The notes below the pieces were generated by a model. The model was not told the origin of the DNA. It made no database searches and saw nothing but the letters and a program-made list of their open reading frames with translations. A stretch of 62,880 nucleotides of DNA, counting the filler, from Choristocarpus tenellus KU-1152 (lineage: Eukaryota > Protista > Phaeophyceae), in the NCBI GenBank assembly GCA_964200185.2. It is 13 parts of 13 records of this genome, joined end to end, with 100 filler letters (N's around TTAATTAATTAA, not from the genome) between each part and the next. Parts side by side here need not be neighbours in the genome. Positions count along the whole stretch, not along the records: positions 19,166 to 25,390 come from CAXNAD020008637.1; positions 25,491 to 30,478 come from CAXNAD020012263.1; positions 30,579 to 34,593 come from CAXNAD020016658.1; positions 34,694 to 38,100 come from CAXNAD020020240.1; 9 more parts are not named here. One strand, given 5' to 3'. Positions 23,921 to 37,947 of the stretch are shown piece by piece. The position numbers and the translations under genes were made by a program. The stretch's first letter is position 1. Every line of letters starts with the position of its first letter.

Positions 23921-26900
23921 ATATAATACTGGTACACGTTTCCAATTGTAAATGTTATCGGAACAAAATGACACACTACAGACGTCATCTCACCCTGGAC
24001 TGGGACTTTCACAACGTTTAGAAGGAGGTGATAGCGTTTCTACTATGATAGAATGTCAGAGGGCGTAATAATAGAATGACAACAGAACAAAGTACTATTA
24101 TGTAATTACAGTATAATGGTAGTAAGTCAACATTTGCACACAACATTTCTTGACACACTACACACGTCATGTCACCCTGGACCCTACTGAGGCTTTCACA
24201 ACGTTTAGACGGAGGTGAAGGCGTTTCTACTATGATAGAATGACAATAACAACCCCCTCTGACACATCTGCAAAATGTCAGAGGGCATAATAATAAAATA
24301 CAAATAATTCTTTATGATAATTAATGGGTTTATACTAATAACGACATATGTGTATAGTTTTCATTGCTTTCCCCCCTGACACATCTGCAAAATATCAGAG
24401 GGTATAACAATATAATAGAATGAGAACAGAACAAAGTACTATTATGTAATTACAGTATGATAGTAGTAAGGTAACATTTGCACATAACATTTCTTCCTAT
24501 TAAATTTCAACGTAATATTTGGACAGGATTGTTCTTCCCTACTAAATCAGAACTTCAGATTTTTACAAGATTATTCTTTCCTATTTAACCACATACTAAG
24601 ATTTGTACATAATTATTCTGTTCTTCAAAATATAAAACGCAACATTTATTTATCAAGATGAGGTAGAAACAGATCACTCATACACAACAGTCTTCTCTCT
24701 ATTGAAACCTGGGATCACCTTTTGCGAAGGGGAATCGTGTGAGGCTCGTAACCTATTGAAATTTGGGATTTGAATGAATCGTGTTCTTGTACGGTGGTAG
24801 GTTGGTTGTGGCGAAGTGGTGTCATAATGCAATGGTACCTGTGAATTCATGGTGATGAACTTAGTGACATGATGTGCATAGTCAGAGGCTATTTGGTATG
24901 ATGTTGTGAATAGTTTTTCTAAGGAAGAAACGCATGCTCTGAGTAGAGGCTTTGTACCTTGTGAAGAAGGATTTTGAGGATGTTTCAACTCTGAATATAT
25001 TACACAAAGAAAGATGTGTAGCGGTTGACATAGTGCAGAGTGAACTTGAAGTCTTATAAGGGGTCAATGCCACCCAGAAAAAGAATAATCAACACATATA
25101 TGAGACCCAACTGATGGTTCTGATGTGAAGATCAAAAGAAAACAAAGAGACAAACTCGAATAAATATGTGGGACAATTCATATGGCACATACTATCCTTG
25201 CATGTTTGATAGATGTCGACTGTTCCATACTTCCTATGCACCATGATGTTCGAACAGTAACCGATGATGCTACGATGAGGTGGTGATGATGTAAATATGA
25301 CTAACGGCCAGTATTGATATGTGTAAAGCCTTAGCTCCCCCCCCAGAGGCACAGGAATAGGTAGATGGGAAGATAAGGATGACAGTAGTANNNNNNNNNN
25401 NNNNNNNNNNNNNNNNNNNNNNNNNNNNNNNNNNTTAATTAATTAANNNNNNNNNNNNNNNNNNNNNNNNNNNNNNNNNNNNNNNNNNNNTTTCCTGATT
25501 TTGGTCCAAATGGACACCTTGGTGTAGACCCCCTCCCCCCTCCCAGATACTTTGGGTCACCACTTATGTAACTGCCAGGAATCCCCTGCAGATAAAAGTA
25601 TACATGTGGAAAGCAGGGGTTCTGATCTTTCCAATGGACCACTCAGTGTTGATAAATTGCAGGGATGGGCTTGCACTTTGCATGATCCACCCTGTTAAAA
25701 AGTTGTCAGAACCCCAGTTAACACAAAATATTTTGAATTCAGAGCGACTCGTTAAAATTCAAAACAGCATCTCCAACCAATTCAGATTTAGACCAATCTC
25801 TTCTGCAAGAGGGAACGAGATGGTATTTTTTTGAATGCAAGTTCTAGCTTTTCGCTGGCCGGAAACTTGTTGGATTGAGGCCAAATCTGGCGTCATGACG
25901 TACATGTGTACGCTCTCTGCTAACATTTTGTGGAATGCACCTACTGCCTTACTTATTGACTATGATTACGCCAGTTATTTGTTTTGATATAACCTCCTAC
26001 ATTGTGTGCGAACATGTGACATTTTGTGATCCACACAATTATTACTATTTCCTGCCAAGCACTACAACTGCTAGCATTACCATCACTACATACTCTGAGA
26101 GTGCAAACACATTTTGATTATTACCTGCACTTCGTCTTTTTCTCCCCCACCCTCTCTTCTGGCATTGTTGTTGTGGTTGTCAATAGTATTACTCCTAGCT
26201 ATTCACAATAAATGATCTTCACTCCATTTCTATTGTGTAATACTAGTAGTATTGTTTTGAATTTTGACTGATGATAATTAGTAGCGACATAAAATAAATC
26301 AATATCAGTAATGCTTCTGCTATACTTGTATGAAACGATGGAGAACAAGAACAAGTAAGAACTAGTGATGGCAGCAGTAGTAGCAGTAGTAGCAGTATTC
26401 AGTGGCTGTCCTGTAAAGGGATGCATAATATCAAACAACTTGCTGACGATCTATCATGACAACAGCAATAGGTACTCCAAAACAGTAACAACAACAGCAA
26501 TAAACATTTCCTTCCCTAAATTGGCATGCTACCCCCATATCCCACCAAAATCCTAGATGCATCTATGCATCTACAACTACAATCTGAGGTATCTCATAGG
26601 AAGGAGAAGAAAGTAAATAAACAGTTAGTAGCAATAATATCTCTTTATATAACACAAGGGAAGGGGAGGGGGGGGTTAACAGTGTTTTTTTGTGTTGTGT
26701 TTTTTTTCCGACCTATGGTACAAATGGGTTGCGAAGATGAGATGCAATATGTCAAACCACTCGCTGTAGGCTGTGCCAATTATAACATGACAGCAACAAC
26801 ACTAATCACTCAGCAACAATAATAACATTAAACAAGATTTCCTTACCTAAATCAAACTACTACGCCCATTTGCCACCAAAATCCCAACTGCATGTACACA

Positions 26901-27989
26901 TGTACAACAACAATCTGAAGTAAACTAGCAGGAAGGAAAAGAAAAGTACAAAATGCATAAGGATCGCCAATAGAAATAATAACGTTTGTGACACAAGGGA
27001 GGAGTGGGTGGGTTTAACAATAATTTTTTGCAGTGTGGGGGTTGTTGTGATCTCTCAACTACAAGTGGATTGTGAAAACAAGACACCAACAACAACAAAA
27101 ACAGACGCATGATCATCATTAAGTTGTCGCATGAAGGTGCACAACAACAATAAATGAATATAAAAAAAAGAAATATTAAAATAGAATAGAAACAATAGTA
27201 GTAGCGGTATGAGCAAACCTACTTTATGCACCAATATGCACATGATGAGGACAACATGGGGGTAGGCATCCACTACAAGCAACGCACGGACTTGTGAAAG
27301 AACACCCATTCAGTATTTATCCACAAATTGCAGTCCTTGTTGTTGCAGTACTAGTGGCAGCGCGCTAGTTGTAGTGGTGAAAGTAGTTGTAGGTACGGCA
27401 GAGGCCACTTGAGGTTGCTATTATATATATCGCATCACCCTCCTAATCATAACATGGGCAAGAATGTTTGGTGGTATCCAATGTTTCTCATTACGATTGG
27501 ATATCTGCTTTGTCAGTTCCACAATACCGAAGGGCAGAAATTCGACAGTAAGGTCCCTGCTTGTCTCGATGTCTCTCGAGGTTTCCTGTGTCCATGGAAT
27601 GAAATATGATAGAAACATTGAGTCATTGGGTCATTAACCTTGTGCACAATAAATACATACAGACAAAAGGGTATGAGAGGATCAAGAGTTTTACATGCTA
27701 ACATTTGGACAGTGGTTTTTTTACAATGATTAGGGAGTATTGAAATCGTCACTTGAAAAGTAGATCGAACTGCCAGTCCAGACAAGAAGACAGTTGTGCC
27801 TACATTTGTCTACAACTGGAGCACTCTGTGCCGTTTATCCCCTTTCATAAAGTGGTCAAATAGTTGCATATCTTGAAATCGGCAACGAACATGTCATAAC
27901 AATCAAGTCTAGCCTTCATGTGTTCATCGCCAACGGTGGTTAGCATGACTTTGGGGGTGTTTGTGTTGGGACACTGTCCTTCAGTCACC

Positions 27990-28225
27990 CCGTCCTCCAT
28001 AGTGCAAGGGATGCCCATTCCGTACCAGAATTGACCTAGACACTTCACCATTCGAATGTGTTAGCGTACCTGTCCCCCTGCCCTAGGGCAGATACAAGCA
28101 TATCTAGTGTCCATAATATGCCTTCTGCACCCAGCCACTAGTCACCTGTTGGATAGGACTTCCTCCCTTCCTTGGGTTCTGCTGGCAGTGACTCTAAACT
28201 CTATGGGAGGGATCTGGCATGCTGG
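27990..28225 (-). mobile_element. CRE-like fragment (zinc knuckle to IPCTMEDG)
   Basis: Reverse-complement similarity to 4690-4925. Confidence 0.65.
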
Positions 28226-28356
28226 TTCCAGGGGTACATTGTATTATGACAGTCATTTTTCAAGGGTCAACTATACAAATAGAAACATACAAATTAAAGA
28301 GATATTCCACGAAGGCATATGCTTACACATGCTAACATTCCCACTACACATACATA

Positions 28357-28774
28357 TGTGGAAGTGTCAAAGTTGCCAAGTTCTCTGCTCAAGGGGGCAA
28401 TCACAATCACCGGAGTGAACTCTTCCACCTTAGAGGGTGAGACCGAGCATCAAAGGTCTTGGCCCAACATCTCAAAGTCTGTTGAGGAAATCCAGCGCAG
28501 AACTAAAACCTCAAAACACAACAGATTTTACCGAACGACTGAGCAATGTCGCAGCAAAGAAATGGATTTATCAGAATCGGAATGGGTCTTCGTTCTGATA
28601 GTCCATTTTGTCTGTTTGGTCAAATCCGGATCTTATGGGTATGGTTGGTTTATTGGACTGGTCGGTATGGATGAGCTCAAATGACGTGGTTGACGCATGC
28701 AATTGTATATGATCATGCATATTATGCACAAGTGTGTGTGTCGGAGATCCCAAAAAAGAAACCTGTCCCTGACA
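28357..28774 (-). mobile_element. 3' LTR of chromodomain Gypsy element
   Basis: Preceded on the minus strand by a G-run polypurine tract (28778-28788); TGTCAGGG...TTCCACA ends. Confidence 0.8.
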
Positions 28775-29414
28775 TTGCCCCCCCCCCAGTGTGGATACTA
28801 TCCGACACGAATACAAAGTGGCTGGCCAGCACTTCATGTCGGACAGGTCCATCTTTGGGGAGGAAAAAAAAGAAGAAACATCCCAGTTGTATCAAATCAG
28901 GGTAGAAAAATAAAAGGTGGAGCACTAGTGGTGATCAGCCCTAGGTCGCACTCTAGTCCAAGTGAAATATGTGTTAATGGGTGGAAAGCGCAGTGAGAAA
29001 AATGGCACGAACCTGCCTGTCTCCTATGTGTCTTCCGGGGTCTGAGTGGATGAAGCTCAGTATCACCACAGCTTTGGTATATCAAGTAATCTATTGGGGA
29101 GTGCTGTGGGAATAGTGTCAAGGGTAGTTGGAAGACTCATTATCCCTTACTATCACCTCTTCTTCAACAACTTGCCTCCTCTGTTAATTTTTATTATATG
29201 TGCACAGTTCGTTTACAAGTAATGAAGTAAAATATTATACCTGAAGTAAAAAACATTTTGAAAGGTATGCATGCTTCTCACAGATAGGACCAACCCGTCT
29301 TTGTTTCCGGATAAGAGCAGTCTTTCTACTTCGCGAGACTCAAGTCGCTAGCTAACTAGATCAGCTCTGAAAATACCACCCTGACTGAGCCATGGTATGG
29401 TCTTCAAGAATCTA

Positions 29415-30478
29415 TCAGCATCGCTTCCGCCATCTTGATAGTGAAAAAGAAACATCTTCTCTATCTGTAGAATCTGGTGGCAACTCACCAGGCCGGCAAC
29501 CCACTAGAATCGAGGAATTCATCGCACTTTCCGGTCCACAAAGAGGGTCTTCACAAGTATTAGAGGAGGCTTGGTTGCTACTAGGTCGGCGTCCGGTTGG
29601 TGGTACTACAAGTTCTTCGGCTGTTGTAGTGGCAGGTGTCTTTTGATTATGAAAAGTCGCTTGGTCAGTGGCTCTTACATTAGGGAGGTCCAACTTGTTC
29701 TCATCCCTATAGGCTGCGATCATCTCTGCACATTCAGGTATTTCAGCGGGTTTGCGCCATACATCACTGGCCGGTGAATATCCCTGAAAGCGAAGCTGGT
29801 ATAAATAATTGTGGGTGATCTTTCTTCCTACCCCACGTTTATGATCAACAATGCCCTCAACATTGTAAGGTCCAATAGTTGGCTGTGTCTGTGACCCCTG
29901 ATCAAGATCCGGCATCTATACCTGGCTCTGTGGCTCTACCCTCCTTGTAGGGTTTAAGTCTGGCCAGATGAACTGTCACTTCCCGTTGATCTTCCAAGCG
30001 TTTTACACGATATACAACGGGTGTTATACATGCCTTCACTTCATAAGGTCCCCTCCATGGGGACAACAACTTGGGGTTTGGTGCATCAGCTGAAGTATGT
30101 TGTTTGTATGAAGCCACCCTTTATCTCCAGGTTCATATAGTGGGAGTTTATGGTTCACGTTCTTAGATTTTTTCCTTAAAACCATCTCACCAACATTACG
30201 CCGGGCTAATTAATTCATAGGCTAGCCTTTAAATTCTCCACTGTTTTCATACTGTATTCTTGTACAGTTATGGGGGTGGCCTTAGGGACCCCCTAAAATA
30301 AGATCAATTGGTAAAATTGGGCGCCTCCCAAACATGAGAAAAAATAGGGTTTCTTGAACAGTGGTATTGTAGGCTGTATTATGTGCTAGCTGGACAAAGG
30401 GCAATAATGAGGTCCAGTCAGATTGGTCAATATTTGAATACATGGCCAGCATACCATGCAATGTGGAGTGAATACGTT
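29415..30478 (-). mobile_element. Ty3/Gypsy chromovirus pol 3' end: integrase C-terminus, GPY/F motif, chromodomain (frameshifted)
   Basis: DWTSLLPFVQLAHNTAY...FFLMFGRRPILPID; KLLSPWRGPYEV...VHLARLKPY; YNVEGIVDHK...YQLRFQGYSPASDVW. Confidence 0.9.
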
Positions 30479-33400
30479 NNNNNNNNNNNNNNNNNNNNNN
30501 NNNNNNNNNNNNNNNNNNNNNNTTAATTAATTAANNNNNNNNNNNNNNNNNNNNNNNNNNNNNNNNNNNNNNNNNNNNAAGGCATGGCTTCCACTTTATT
30601 CCCCTACCAGCAACGTACTGTACTGCTGTATGGTAGCATGACTCAGGAAGAAAGGCACTTTTGACAACTCTGCGATTTTGTGCCAAATCGCGCGAATACG
30701 AGAATTCCGGTACAAACTCCTATTTTTGAGCATGTCGAAAAACGGTACAAAATTGCATATTTTCGATTTGGTACATAATATTTGGCACAAAATCAGGGTA
30801 GGTACTATATTAATATATGTCCGAAATTATTCCTACTATTAATCATAATGTAACTATTCTGAACATTACTCTGAAGTGCCACACTGTCATCGCTGTAAGG
30901 TATTCTACAAGAAGGCAATACATTTATTTGTTGAGGTTTGTTGCAAGAAGTACTATACTAGAAAAAAAACGGTCGAAGAAGAATGAAGACGAAGAGAAGA
31001 AAAGAATCGAGGAGATAGAATCTAGTCCATATTCTCCAACAGTAACGACAAGAAAGCAGATGTATTGCACCAACCTCAAAAAAGAATAATACTAGGTCCA
31101 TCTAATAATCCAAAAACACCACTCATCACTGTCGCATAAACGAAAAATAGGGAAGGGAGAAAGGAGGACGCAAAAAGCCAATCCAAATAGAAAAAGATAA
31201 CAAGAAACAGAATTCAGCAGTACATAATGGTGGTGTTAAGTCGCCTTAGCTGCTGGTTTAGCATGACGTACATCACCTATCACACCTTCCCAAATACATG
31301 TGGGAATATGTATGTTACCAATATAATCCTCAGTTACTGCCCTTTCCTTCATCACATGACATACGTACGTAAATTTGATGGGACAGGAATGTGAATATAT
31401 CTCACCCACCCATTGTTTAAATGTGTGCTTGTGGGAGAACCCTATCTTGTGGATTTCTGTTGCAGAAAAGATTCTAGTGATAAACCCGCTCTATCTCACA
31501 GGGAAGTCCTTACCCCTGTCGTTAGCGCACGTAGATCTTGAAGGAAAAGACGTTCACATTGTCCAGTTTGGAGTGGCAGGAAGCAGGGTTGTGAACTGGT
31601 TTTCATCGAGAAGATTGCCTATAACATCCTTCATAGCGAGTGACCTCATCTCACTGTGAAAATGAGTACAAACAGAGGGGCCAACAGTGCCAGAGTGGTA
31701 ACGAACATAGCTTCACCATATGTACTGAGTGCAAAACAAGCCAACTATACCCAAAGGGATATTTGTCTGGCCGCGTTGTAGCATCAGGTGCAAGCCAGGG
31801 CAAGTGCCCCCAAACGATGCCTGAGTAGTGTGGTCAAAAAGTGAACAGATCGTGCAACTCACCATTGTTGCGCCAAAGAGGGCGCAAAATGGTTCGAGCT
31901 CTGTCCCTATTTTTCCATTTTTCTGTCATTTCTGCGACTGAGATATAATTTTGGCACGAACCTGGCTCGTTCTGCTACACGTACGAAACCTAGAGAACCT
32001 AGCCTCAAATAATTCATTATTTGGGGGTTTCCACAATTGTACGTTAATGAAGTACAACAATATTCATCACCGTACGCCAACAAATAAAACTACTAGATGA
32101 ACTCCAAGTAATCCGACTAATCCCAAACCCCGTTAGTCATGCCTCTTCACAATGGATGTAGACATTTATTCACCTCACGAGGCACAAACCACCAGTTAAC
32201 CCTAATGAATGATCAATTCTTTCAATACTTCATGAAAAAAGCACGCGAAAATGGTCATTTTGACCATACACCTAAACCAGTCCCCAACCATTCCTTTCAT
32301 TAATTAAGTCCAGAATTCAAAAATCCTCAAAGCAGTGGCGGTCAACTTTGCTGGACTTAAGCCTACCACGACCATAACTAAATGTAATCCACACACATAT
32401 CCACGAAACACACCTTCAGCCCCCCTCATATAAGCAAGTTATTAAAAGAACGCGATAAGGTAAAATGGACCTCAAATGGACACCCACCCACCCCCCCAGA
32501 TACTTTGACCCAAGACAACCCATCGCTTGAATAGGTAAGCTTCTTTTTTTTAAGCAAACCAACCTATGAAGATTTTTTAATATTTGCAACGCACGATCGT
32601 GGAGGATCCCCCTCAACGAGATTGGGATGAGTAGGTACATCCCTGTGGTGGGATCACCCAACATTATCCCTCCAATTTCTCAGGCAGAGAATTCGCGGAA
32701 AAATTACCTAGTAGAGCCAGTTATATGACCATCTTTTCCCCCCTTTCGCACGATGGCAAGGCCCGGTATTTATTAACCTTTCAGCATCGTTACCGGGCAG
32801 AGAAATCGTTTCAGGGTACTTACCCTTGCTTGCACCTGATATCACTCGCAGACCAGATGAGTATCCCTCAGGGATATTTGGCTTGGTTGGCACTTGATAC
32901 CTTTAGCGAACAAGACATTTGCTAGCCGGCAGTCTGACCCTATTTGTCCCTCTATTTCTACTCGTTCTTCCCAGACCGACCGGGTCACTTGCAAAGTGGG
33001 TTTGTAGATAATCTTACCAATGAAAAATAATTTTGCGGCCTACTTCCAGCTTCATGAACTGGACGACTTGAGGGTTTCGTTGAAGGTCTGTGTGAGAACA
33101 TGGGGGTGAGGATTTCTCGTCATCAGACCTTGCAACATATGGATGAAGATGTGAGTGGTTGAACCTGTTGAGTCCATGGGAAGAAGGTGGGGGAGTGTGG
33201 ACTGCGCCCAGTTTGGGCTACTGTGTTCATTATCTGTGCCTCAGACAAAATTGTGGAAAGTTCCCTTTCTCTTTTTCCTGAACGTCCTTCATAGGAACAT
33301 CTTGTGTGCTTGGTCCCTCCTCCTCGTGTTGGAATCGTTTCTTTACGGTTTGTTGTCGAGAGGATTACATCCGTCTTCTAGAGCTAGATGCAGTCAGACG

Positions 33401-35273
33401 AACTTGTTGCGACAATGCTCTCCAGCACTAATTCTGTAAAGTGGTCCTGTGTCTCACTCGTAACAACCATTTTGGACTACTGCCGACTTTCTATGACCAA
33501 GATGAGGTACTGCAGGGTGCAATGCTGTGAGTGGGCAACAGGAAGGACTCTGCTGTGTGGGGAAAAGAGGAGAGAGACCTCCACCTGGTAGTACCCCCAC
33601 TATGTACTCCTGCACCCTCGGGAGGAAAGGAACAGTGGGGGTTGTGCCGAGATAAACCTGTAGGGACTGCGTTGGGGGAAAAAAGGAAAAAGCGAATATT
33701 TTTACCACAGAGCAGCCACAGTGTAGGAGCAAAGGCACCGAAGAGGAAGGGTGGTCTATGCGTGGAGGATGAGATGGCAGGGGAAGGTCTGTGCCTACCT
33801 ACGTATAATTGATGATCGAGCTATATTAAGTCTGCTTGTGTAGCTGTGGCATCTGTGTGTAACTTTGATATCGAAAGAGGCCAAAACAGGGAATTCTAAA
33901 CTGATGGTGAAGACACGTTACAGACTGGGGCATTTTTTACAGGCGAGTAGCACAAGTATTTCTTCTCGCGCTCTAACCAGTGCAAGCAGTAAGCGTGGGC
34001 GCGGACCCCCAAATGGGAAAGTTCGAATCGCTATAGTTACAGTGTAAAATCTGTATTTAAGAATAATGCAAAGGTTTTCAGATGTATTAGGCGTCTGAAA
34101 CCCGATGTGAACAAATATTATGGACTGAGATTGCCCACTCGGCTTATTTCTGATGTTTGTTTGCATATATTCATTAAACAAAACTATAACTTCATCTGCC
34201 GACCTGATACCTACCATCCTCGCTGGTCATCAGGCGATCGGTATACCTCAAGCATCCTGTACGTGCATCAGCGCCATATACAGGCTTGTGGACTGGAGCT
34301 ACACATTCCGTGTGGAGGTAAGCTATGGAACGTTCTTGTAACATGGAGGTCCTACGGAGACTCTTCAAACTGGAGAGAATACTCAGAATCCACTTCATCA
34401 TATGGGATTCTTGGTAGTGCCCTATTATGGTCTGGAATTATTCTTCATGGTTTCATCGTCTCCTTAGGTGGTCCTGGGGCGATCTCCTCATCTACCCCTT
34501 CCGACCTGGAGGAAAGGAACCTGCAGGATGGTACCTGTAGCTCCAAAGGATGCAACATACACCTATGCTGGAAGGGTCGAAGTATCTGGGGGGNNNNNNN
34601 NNNNNNNNNNNNNNNNNNNNNNNNNNNNNNNNNNNNNTTAATTAATTAANNNNNNNNNNNNNNNNNNNNNNNNNNNNNNNNNNNNNNNNNNNNCTCTTTT
34701 CGATTTTCATTTTTGGTGTGATTTGGTCGCACGTGTCGGATTTGAAATGTCAGGAAAAAAAAGAGTTGTTTGACCGAAAACGGACGCCCCCTCACAAGCC
34801 ACTCCCCTCCCCAGATACTTTGACCCAGGCTCATGGTCACTCCCCTTGACATTCCTCTTTTTCTGAATTTCAAGAACCGATCTGGACTCAGTTAAGGACC
34901 TGCTTGTATTGGCATAATGCATTCTTACAATAGTCATTATTTATACCACACAAAGTCTGCCCTTTGCCAATACTCGAGCACAAGTCAAGTCCACCCAAGC
35001 ACTACCCATAGTACTCAGAGCTGTACTCATACAACATGTGCCACAATGACTCAACAACCTTGAGCATGTGAACACCATCTACCTACACTGGAAGAGTCAT
35101 CAGCCCTAGACAATTGAAAGTAACATATTTCTCCTCGAAGAGAGAGAGGGAGAACAACTAAACAGGGTCACAAATAGTTACGAAGTATGTACTGAATGGT
35201 AATTAAGTGCAAATGCACTAGATTGATGGCATTCAAAGGTCTCCTCCCGCCACCCTACACCACCACACCTCAC

Positions 35274-36901
35274 CTGAGGCCAAACATTATGCAGTCGAGT
35301 GCCTGGAACAGCAAGGGCCTCTATCTCAAACTCGCTCCAGAACATAGTTGGGGGAAAAATAATGCCAATCATTGCCACAAAAAGTCCTCCTAAGGCAGCT
35401 AGGACAACTGGGCGTTGAGTGTCCTCAAAGTTACCAAGGCCCACAGCATGTAGACACTTGGCAATAGTCCTGTGCAGGCTGTTGATTATAGAGTGATCGA
35501 TATATGAGAGCTTCAGTCAATACAGATAATGAAAAGCACAAGACCTGGTAGGTTTATAGAAGTGTGTACAATGAAAGCTAGATCACGTCATAGACTGGTA
35601 GAGGGCACACTTCATAAAGGAGAAGTCTCCATAATTGTGCACCCAAAAATCGAAAGCGACCCAAATCAAATCCGTCCTGTCAAATGCGTGCCGCCACCGC
35701 ACCCACGTACTGGACCCGCCCAGCAACCAAGCATTGCCACTTCTCATCCCCTGCAGCAGAGATACACCAATTCAGCACTCCAAGATGCTGTACCTGACAA
35801 AGAAGAGTCCGATCCATGCGGCAACAAATCCGAGGACGATCCCAAGGAGAAGTTCTGGGGAGCCTGATTGAGGAATTTCTGGAAAGTGCCAGAGGCGTCC
35901 AAATGATTCTCCCCGCAATCCGCGAAAGATGAGCATACAAATGCCCCCCGCAGAAATAGCGTACATCGACACATCAAAAAACTGGAGTCCCATAGTGTGG
36001 CACACCTCAAGGGTGAATAAGGCACCTACCACAGAGTGTTTAACCATAATCAAAGTTAGCAGTGCCAACGAAGCCAGAATTTTGCGGTGACATAACACAA
36101 GGTGAGTAAACAATGAGACCGTTGGAACTTCTAAGGGGGTTGAGGGAGATCGGTCACTGGTTTAATATGTCCAACGTCAGAGTCACCTCCAAGTTGGACG
36201 CCGAAGAAGGCGCTGAGTCCTGCAGACATACCAATTAGTGCGCACTTCCTCACCATTGGTGGCGGGTGCTTAAAGTATCGCATTGAAATCCAGCTACTCA
36301 GAGAGGAACTGATGCCAACCAGGGGGGCCTCGGGGCCGAGTGAAGCACCCGAAGCGATGCTGAAGAGGCTTACAAAGATCATTGGTAGGGTCTGTGCCAT
36401 GGGCACGTAGCCCAGCTTATGGATACACTTCACAGCATCCGCTAGATCACCCGGATTGCCCATGCACTTGACGCACAGTCCCACTACAACCCCCAGAACC
36501 AAGGTCGTGAAGATGATGTAGAGGAAACCAAACCTCTCCAAAATCTCTTCACCATCAGCTCTTCCTCTGATACCTCGCTCCAGCGCAGCAGGAATAAACC
36601 CCCACACAAACCACAGGGAAGACCTCATACACCAATCATAGGCGTAGGCTACAAATCCCAGAACAAACCCTAACAGGACCTGAACAAAACAGAGCCAACA
36701 AAACGACGAGAAGAATGTTGGAGAGGCATATATATCGAACGACAACATTCTCGCTAATCAGTGAAGCAGGATCCAATCGTTTACCCCCAAAACGAGTCAT
36801 TTTCAGTCGACGTAGGCCTCTCCCCTTCCGCAAGATACCCTCACCGTCATCTTTAGCATTGTCCCCTGCTTAAATGAAGCAGAGATTGGAGATTTGCCCA
36901 T
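35274..36901 (-). CDS. CLC-family anion channel/transporter, 5' part (exons 36901-36845, 36679-36187, 36025-35794, 35478-35274; continues beyond the contig)
   Basis: Four GT-AG exons splice in frame to 329 codons (MGKSP...NVWPQ); motifs GASLGPEAPLV, GMSAGLSAFFGVQLGGALFTLE and PPTMFWSE; multiple hydrophobic helices. Confidence 0.88.
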
Positions 36902-37617
36902 GTTGGCAGTCTTAACGAAACTCGATCAACCTCTCCTGGAAGTATGGTCACAAAATCTCTTGACTAGTAGTATATTAGTACAGCTCATTCCTCACTTCGG
37001 TCACCATCTATATAGTGATGTCTAACATTCAACGAGGCTCTCAAGATCGGCTTCAAAGGGAGTGAGTGTTGATGTATTCTACTACCATAGATCATATCGG
37101 ATCCAGAAGCATACACTTGAAAATGGATGGTCTTTTTCGATATAGTTGATGTAAGGAAAACAAATTAATCTGTGAGGAGGAGGTTTATTGATGTAATTAG
37201 AGTTTTCCTGGTGGTAGAATTTTGGTAGAACGATATACAAAAGGAAGTGGTTTCCATGCATTGTCTTATAGTATTCTTATGTTGAGGACATATTATATAC
37301 AAATATGTATATAGTTTTCATTGATTTCCCCCTGACACATCTGCAAAATCTCCGAGGGCATAATAATAAAATATACAATAGGAAAGGTTGATTAGGGTAA
37401 AAACATATATATTTAAGAGGCGGACAATGAGTTAAGTAGTAATCAGTATATAAGACACAAGAGGTAGGAGAGAAGTTCAACAAAAAGCGAGTAGATCAAA
37501 TTGTGTTATAGCGAGGACATTTTTTTGGCATCTCTAACAATATATTTTATTTATCATTATTATGCCCTCTTATATGTTGCATATGTGTCAGGGGGGAAAC
37601 CAATGAAAAAATATTTT

Positions 37618-37947
37618 TGTGGATATAGCGTGGAGATATACGTATGGGTATAACCACGTCGTGGAAACTTGTTTATATCGACCACAGTCGACAAAACCGC
37701 ACACACCCATGAGATCCGGATTTAACCAGTCAGGAAGATCTACTCCCATTCTGACTGTTCTATATCCCTCCTTTCTTTATCTGTTGTGCACTAACGTTTT
37801 GGTTCTGTTCTGAATTTTCTCCGATGACTTTGACATGCTAGCCCAAAATCTGCGAAACTGCTTTCGCCCCTGTGCAATGGAAGAGTAGTGTGGTGATTTG
37901 CGCCTGGCCCTTATTGCACAGAGTTTTGGTCCATTCACATTTCCACA
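37618..37947 (+). mobile_element. Diverged solo LTR of the Gypsy family
   Basis: TGTGGA...TTCCACA ends; internal match CCCATGAGATCCGGATTT with 9341-9752. Confidence 0.65.

Noticed and set aside
25930-27400. Short hydrophobic ORFs
   Set aside because: Low-complexity CAA/TAG-rich non-coding sequence.
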